From the human T2T-CHM13v2.0 reference genome, Homo sapiens: DNA of 64,000 nt. A model generated the notes under the pieces. It saw only the letters and a list, made by a program, of their open reading frames with translations, was not told where the DNA came from and made no database searches. A program made the position numbers and the translations under genes. Within the stretch, counting starts at the first letter, position 1, and the number at the start of each line of letters is the position of its first letter. The DNA lies in assembly GCF_009914755.1 (NCBI RefSeq), contig NC_060934.1; one strand, written 5' to 3'. Shown one piece after another: positions 49,732 to 64,000 of this stretch.

Positions 49732-50885
49732 ACCAAACTGTGAATCTCCCATTTCCCAAAGGAACAAACTCCATCCTACACCATTAAATACACGAGAGGA
49801 CTGGGATGTCTTGGGCTGCAGTACATGGCTGCCTACTGCACTGGGAGACTTGATTCGATGACAAAGTGAGTCTAAACAGGTCCAGAAAAGTCTTCCTTTT
49901 TCCCTGAGGGAGGTCCTGGAAGCTTAGCTTCTGAGATATTAGGAAATATGAAAAAAAATGACCCATGTCATTCAACAGGCATTCACTAAGTATGAATTCT
50001 TTATCAAGCACAAAATTATGTGCTGTCATCATTGTTGTCATTGTCATCATCATCGTCATCATTGTCATTGTTGTTACTAGTAGCATTTCAAGTGGTATCT
50101 GGTATTCCAGGAATTTGGAAACAAATCATTATCCGTATTTAATGTTTATCTAACAGATTCATAGACAAAAATAATATCTTTTTAGTGTTGAGATATCCAA
50201 ATCAGAGTACAATTTTCAAACTGTCCAGATATTTCCCCATCTGCTGGATTTTTCCAATTGCCTTTCTTTGGACCTGCTCTAGTTCTATTGATTTTTCTTG
50301 TCATAATGATCATTTATGTTTCCTTTTTTCTAGATACAGATGAATCGGGGTTTTGAAACCAGGCAAGATCATATTCTTTTCAGTTTGCTTCCAGAGATCT
50401 TCCCAAAGATGACCAGCCAGCCTTCATTAGTAAATAGTAAAGCTATTTACTAGGTCAGGGTGACTTTAGGACTTCTGTGAGCATATCTGATAGTTTAACG
50501 TTCATGCTCATAATCAAAATTTGAATCATTATATTTCTTCACACTCCACTTCACATTCACCCTTGCTGACACTCTGCTGCTAATTTTCTTGTGAGGCTTG
50601 TGATTATCTTCACTGGTTGACATTTCATTCCCTCAAACAAGTTAATATCTCCTACAAACTTAGAAGCTTGACTACAGATATCCTTTCTCAGTGTGTTCCT
50701 GATCATAAGGAATAACTAGTCGTGCTCTAATCCCTCGAGATTCCATTATTTAGGACTCTATTAACTGCTCATATTCCTACCTTTTGTTTTTTGTCTTTAA
50801 TTTATTTGATTTTTTTCCTTTGCAAAGTAATCCCACAATTTCCATGATGATGCATATTTGTAACTGATATAATGTGGTGGTAACA

Positions 50886-55843
<4,958 letters not shown>

Positions 55844-56199
55844 ATAATGTGGTGGTAAGCATAGGGCTATCCTGAGATATACACTGATTTAGAGATTTCA
55901 TGGGTGTATAAGCCAGTCACTGGTTGATTGGTTCTTGGCCAAAAGAACCTGAGAAGGCATAGGTAACAATATGCCTAAAGCAGAATCCAGGGCTTTTTTA
56001 AGTCCAGGCTAAGTTCAATCCAGTCTTTTGCCTTAGTCAGCTCTGCAGTGAGTTCTGAACTCCTTCAATGACCCTACATATGCTCCACTTTTTAGTTATG
56101 ACCTAAACAAGTCCAGTGTCCTGGGTATGGCCTCTTTGGCTTTCCTTAGGTTGAGTTCATTCCCTACAGATTCCAAACAGACTCAGAATGAGAACCATT

Positions 56200-56900
56200 C
56201 ACAAAGGATCTGGTGAAATTAACACCTTTGGGATATGGATGAGTCATCTTAGGAAAACAAAATCAATTGCAGACTTCCAATGTAGACAGGAACTTGTACA
56301 TTGTAAGATGTCAATGTGTAAAACATCATTGTTGCATTCAAGATGTGATGAATTTGTAAATCCAGAGTTACTTTATGAATGTACTTTGGACCAAAATCTT
56401 GAGATTCTGTAACTTACTAGAGACTGTGAAGGATAATGTTGGCATAATTTATAACGTCACAAGGAACAAAAGCACCTATTTTCTCATATTGATACATGAA
56501 GAACTGGAAAAGAAGGCATCTTGTAAGATATGAATTTAAAGTCTCTATTCTTCCTGGCTGTGAATCATATCTCTAAATATAGATTTGCATATGTGTAAAT
56601 GCACACAATTGTAATGTCTTCCCTGTTGACTCAAAGGATTTTATTTCAAGTTTTCATTTCTAAGAAGTCACTGTTCTTTCCTATTCCTGTATGCCTGAGT
56701 CACCCCACCCCCACCCCCTTTGCTCCCTGTAATATAACAGGGACAGATTTAGACAACTCAAGTACAGGGTACTTTTAGAAACAAGCTGCTACTGAAATTT
56801 AGTCCTCCTGATGAGAATCAAAACACCATATCCTATTTGAAGACAAAGCTTCTCATCTAGTGACTACTGATAAGGCAGCATGCTGTTTACACGTCATGAA
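56200..56900. promoter_or_regulatory. Candidate enhancer (three AP-1 sites plus FOX, half-CRE and GATA motifs)
   Basis: TGAGTCA 56240, TGACTCA 56627, TGAGTCA 56696, TGATAA 56868, TGTTTAC 56884, ACGTCA 56891. Confidence 0.4.
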
Positions 56901-58959
56901 TTATGGGTGTTGAAAACTTAAGTGGGATCCAATAGTTTCTTGTTGAAACTTTCTAGACCCACTATAAACCTATTCAGGTCATTGGTAACAACAGATTAGA
57001 TAGACAGATTTAGTTTATATGTTTGGATATTTTCTTGGTAATCTACTGTGCTTTAAATAGACTGTCATCTATTTATATTTATGTGTTAATATCACTCTAT
57101 AGGACACCCAGTCCTCCAACACTCAGCCATGTGACTGAATGTTGGGAAGTTGGCAATCCAACTACTGTACTGGGGACATGGCAACGTATATGGTAGTATT
57201 GTAACAGTAAAGTTAGACCGGCCAAAGGAAGCATTCAGTGTTGAATTTAAACAAGTCTATAGACAGGAAATTTTCAGAATTGTGAGTACCAAGGACATCC
57301 TGCTGGTCTATGAGATTAACTTCACCACTAAGCCTAAGTCATGAATACTCACAAGAACCAGGCATTAACATCTTTTTAGATGTTAGCACTAACATGTCAC
57401 CACTCTAGGCAAATCCAGCCCCTACCCTACCCCTGTCCTAGTGAAATAATAAAAAATCTGGCCTCAAAAGGTTATATAGGTTAATGGCAGGATAAAGAAC
57501 AGAATTTAGTTCTGGGATTCTTACTTTTGGCTAAAGCACGAGTGTCATGAGGATTTCTTTCTTGCTCCTTCCCAGGAAGTAAAGTTACAAAAAAAAAAAA
57601 AAAAAAAAGCCAAAGAACTACGAACTAATCTGTGACTGTGCATTATTAATAAAATTACAGTGGGATTTGTGATTCACATTTTATTCCACTTCTTGACATT
57701 TAGAAGCTTTCAACAATCATTTCTGGTATTTTCCTTTGTCTTATATGCTAAATGATGATAGTTATTATTTTCTTTCTTTCCTTCCATTCTTCTGTTACTA
57801 GTACTTATGTGATTTTTATATGATTTCTAATTGCCAATTCTATTTAGGAAAAGATTTACACAGAAAACTTTGTTCAAATATGAATGTCATTGTTACACTC
57901 AGCTGTGTGTTCTTCTGTCATTTTCTGAATATAGCTGAAGAGACTGAGTGTCTATCAGCATCTGGTCTGTACAGACTGCCAAACTATAGTGTTATTACAA
58001 GGGTCTGGAGATCAGAGTAAATGAAAACATTTTCCCTTTTCAGTTTCATTTATTACCCTAATTATTCAAAAAGAAGGAAGGAGGTCCACGTTCTTCACAT
58101 TTTAAGAGTACAAAATAGATTATTTATAAAATTAACTAGTTCCTTGAAGTAGGTCTTTATCAAAAGTTAGTTCTTTTCAGCCTCTAGAGTGTTATGTTAC
58201 CATCTTTCAAGCTAGGAAACATTTGTGTGTTGTGTTTGTTTTAAGTTTACTCATGTCAAAAAAAAGAAAGTTCTATTGAGTCCTAGCATTTGTGCACAAA
58301 CAGGGAAACTTATAGTTTCTCCTTGTTTCCCTTACCATTCACATGGTTACCATCAAAATCCTCCTCTTTGTTCAGAACCTAGAAGGCTATGTCCTAGATA
58401 ACTTTCTGAATTTTTATGCCTTTTACTTGGTATAAATTTGCAGTCCTTGGGAGATGTCTTTTGATCTTTTTGCCTGATTATCTTTCCATGAGAAGTGGAC
58501 TATATTCCAGAATTCTTTGAAACCCTCTATATTTCTTTCCCTTCCAGAAACACTTCTTTCAGATTCAGTCCCTTGCAACTACCAACTTCACATGCCAAGT
58601 ATAAGTGCTCCCAGCCATCTCACAGTATCAGAAACTGCAGCTCTATGTGGGGAGAAGGGAGAATGTACATGAGTCTGGTAGCCTGAAAGTAGTTCTTGTA
58701 TAATAGGGGTGATGTCTCCCTCTCTCTCTCTCCCCACAGTCACCCACCCATCCTCACACCCCCATTCCCCCACAACACTCTTGTCCCAGGGTCAAATGCT
58801 CCTGTCTATGAAGCAAGGGGTGTAGCCCCATGCTTCTGCCTCTTAGCGTCATTCCAAATAATATTAGTTGATAAACTGATAGTGTTAGTAACTTATGAGA
58901 GTCACTTTTTGAATTTTCTTGGTGGTGAATAACCCAGAAATCCCTATTAAGCATTTTCA

Positions 58960-59180
58960 GCAGGGGACTAACTTGACCAGATTCATATTTTCAAAAGACT
59001 ACTTAGACAACAGTGTGGGAAATGAGTTTGAAATGGGTTAAGAATGAAAGCAGGAAGCCAAATTAGGAGGATGTGTATGAATCCAGGAGAGCAATAGTAA
59101 GAGTTGGACTGGGAATCAGCAGTAGAGATGGTGAGGAGGTGACAGATTTATGAGACGTTTTTAAGGTAGAATGGACCTGG
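58960..59180 (-). mobile_element. L2 fragment
   Basis: gcaggaagccaaattaggagg..atccaggagag..ggacagattt-like..aaggtagaat. Confidence 0.65.
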
Positions 59181-59609
59181 AAAACTCTTCCTGTGGTAAG
59201 TAGGCCAGTTCAAGGTAAACACCTATAACTGTGCTAAATGGGGAAATTGGATGATTCTATGTGACGTCTATGAGTAGTCTGAATTTTAAACTGTTTAATT
59301 TTTGCAAAAAGGATGCCACTGTAGAAAACAAACCAACATTCCTTCCTAAATGTGTTTACAAGTATTTTTTCTGTTTGTTATCAATCCTTGAATATCATGT
59401 TTATTTAATTCTGTCACAGCCAGGTAAATTTTTAGGCAATTCCTTTATTTTATGCAAACAAAGAGCGAATAGTATTAGCTTGCTTTAAATGGATATGCAA
59501 AACTGGAGAAATCATAGGATCTGGTGGTGCTGTCATCTGGATTGCCACCTAGTGACCAATATTTTGCACAGCAGACAAGGTACCCTGAGGATATCACAAC
59601 CAAGAGTCA

Positions 59610-62591
<2,982 letters not shown>

Positions 62592-62649
62592 AGAAATTCA
62601 TGTGTGTCAGTATCCTCACAGACTACTACATAGGGTGAATGATTGCCAA

Positions 62650-62750
62650 CTGCAATCCAATTAAACTACAGTGTGATTTTAGGCAAGTAACTTCATCTCA
62701 GTGGGCTTCAGTTTCCAAATCCATAAAGTGAGCACTAGTTCATTTCTAAG
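62650..62750 (+). mobile_element. MIR fragment
   Basis: gtgtgattttaggcaagtaacttcatctcagtgggcttcagtttcc. Confidence 0.6.
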
Positions 62751-63289
62751 GTGGTTAAAAATCCTCAATAGTTCAAAGGCTTATCTTTGTTGTGGACAAT
62801 CAGAAATAATTATCCAGGATAAGACACATGTCTTTTTGCTTTACTTTGTCACCAAAATCTAATATTGTATAGCCAGCTTAAGGTTCTTGAATGACCTCAG
62901 ATTTTGAGAGCTCACATTCAGCACAACAGTTTAATCTCATTTCAAGTTCCCCAATATATAGACGATTTCAAGTAATTGTGTATACTGTTAACCCCAGTGA
63001 TTTTTTTCTAAGAGCCAAATTAAATAATAAAATAATATTATGTCACTATTCAAGACACTCCTATTGTCTTTATAGGCCACAGCAGTCATCTCCAAGACTT
63101 TGATTATTTATCTGGTTATTTATCCTTGTCATAAAAAAAGATGAACGTGCAACTCCTGTGTTTTTTCTGTTGATAAATAATGTGCATGGATAACCAGAAT
63201 GAAATAGTGATACATAATAAAACATAAAAACAGAAATGTTTAAAGAATGAGCTAATTGTGAAATAAAATAATGTTATCTTAAAGTGATT

Positions 63290-64000
63290 TTGGAAAAAGA
63301 AGCTTTTGGCTCATAAAATAATATCTTGATCTTTTAAAAGAGATTTTAAAATAAGAAAAACGCCTTTTGCACTACCCACATAATTACCATTTTAGGTGCT
63401 CTTTGTTCCTTTGGGTAGATCTAGACTTCCATCTGGTTTTATTTTCCTTCTACCTTGAAAGAATTCTTTTAAGATTTCTTGTAGTGCTGGTCTACTGCTG
63501 GTAATTTTTTTCAGTTTTTTTTTTATGCCTGCAAAAAGTCTTTATTTTACTTTCACTTTTAAAATCTTTTTGCTGAGTATAGAATTCTAAGTTGACAGAG
63601 TTTTCTTCTTTCAGTACTTTAAAGATGTTATTCCATTGCCTTTTTTTACTTGCTTTATTTCCAACAAGAAATCTGCTGTCATTCTTGCTTTTGTTCTTCT
63701 TTATTTAATGTGTGTTTTTACTCTTGCTCTTTGTTTTAAGACTTTTCTCTTTATCACTTGTTTTAATTGACTGGATTAGAGTGTCCCTTGGTGTGGTATT
63801 TTTCAACTTTCATTTTCTTATGGTTCATTGAGATTCTTGGATCTCTAGATATTTAGTTTTCATCAAATTTGGAAAATTTTCAGTCATTATTTCTTCAAAA
63901 ATGTTTACCCTCAGCCTTTCTTCTTCTTCAAAACTCTAATAATGTATATGGTAAGTCAGTTGAAGCTGTTCCAAAACTCTCTGATACTCTTTAATGTTTT
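63290..64000 (-). mobile_element. Old L1M ORF1-region fragment running off the window
   Basis: gtatagaattctaagttgacag, ttcagtactttaaagatg, ttcatcaaatttggaaaattttcagtcattatttcttcaaa. Confidence 0.75.

Noticed and set aside
58336-58378. 43-nt minus-strand mini-exon (VLNKEEDFDGNHVN) with donor ATG|GTAAGG
   Set aside because: The polypyrimidine tract is short and there is no recognisable protein or partner exon.

Overview
This is hominid (human or great ape) nuclear DNA, AT-rich and dominated by transposable elements. I recognise no host protein-coding gene. The long ORFs (>~190 aa) are all LINE-1 or SVA-derived, and the shorter non-repeat ORFs resemble no protein I know. Main landmarks: (1) a full-length minus-strand L1PA3/4-type LINE-1 (9424-17364, 14-bp TSD) that retains the ~129-bp ZNF93-type 5'UTR segment, has an open extended ORF0, and is split in ORF2 by a full-length co-oriented SVA (11876-13663, 16-bp TSD); (2) an old L1M element whose middle is replaced by a truncated Alu fused to an L1PA8A-like 3' end (17.4-20.6 kb); (3) a 27.6-38.5 kb cluster of solo LTRs and DNA transposons (MER61, MER39, THE1, MER48, two MER1B, MLT1s, MER20) around an AP-1/ETS-rich unique segment and a palindrome-born 48-bp minisatellite; (4) two 5'-inverted (twin-primed) L1PA copies (50886-55843, 59633-62591) that together form direct and inverted repeats around a candidate enhancer. 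Splice-site-bounded segments suggest a minus-strand spliced non-coding transcript (low confidence). Subfamily names come from my memory of consensus sequences and need RepeatMasker/Dfam confirmation. I found no convincing wholly new biological system; the best leads are the L1-promoter/SVA chimera, the palindrome-seeded minisatellite and the retrotransposition footprints.
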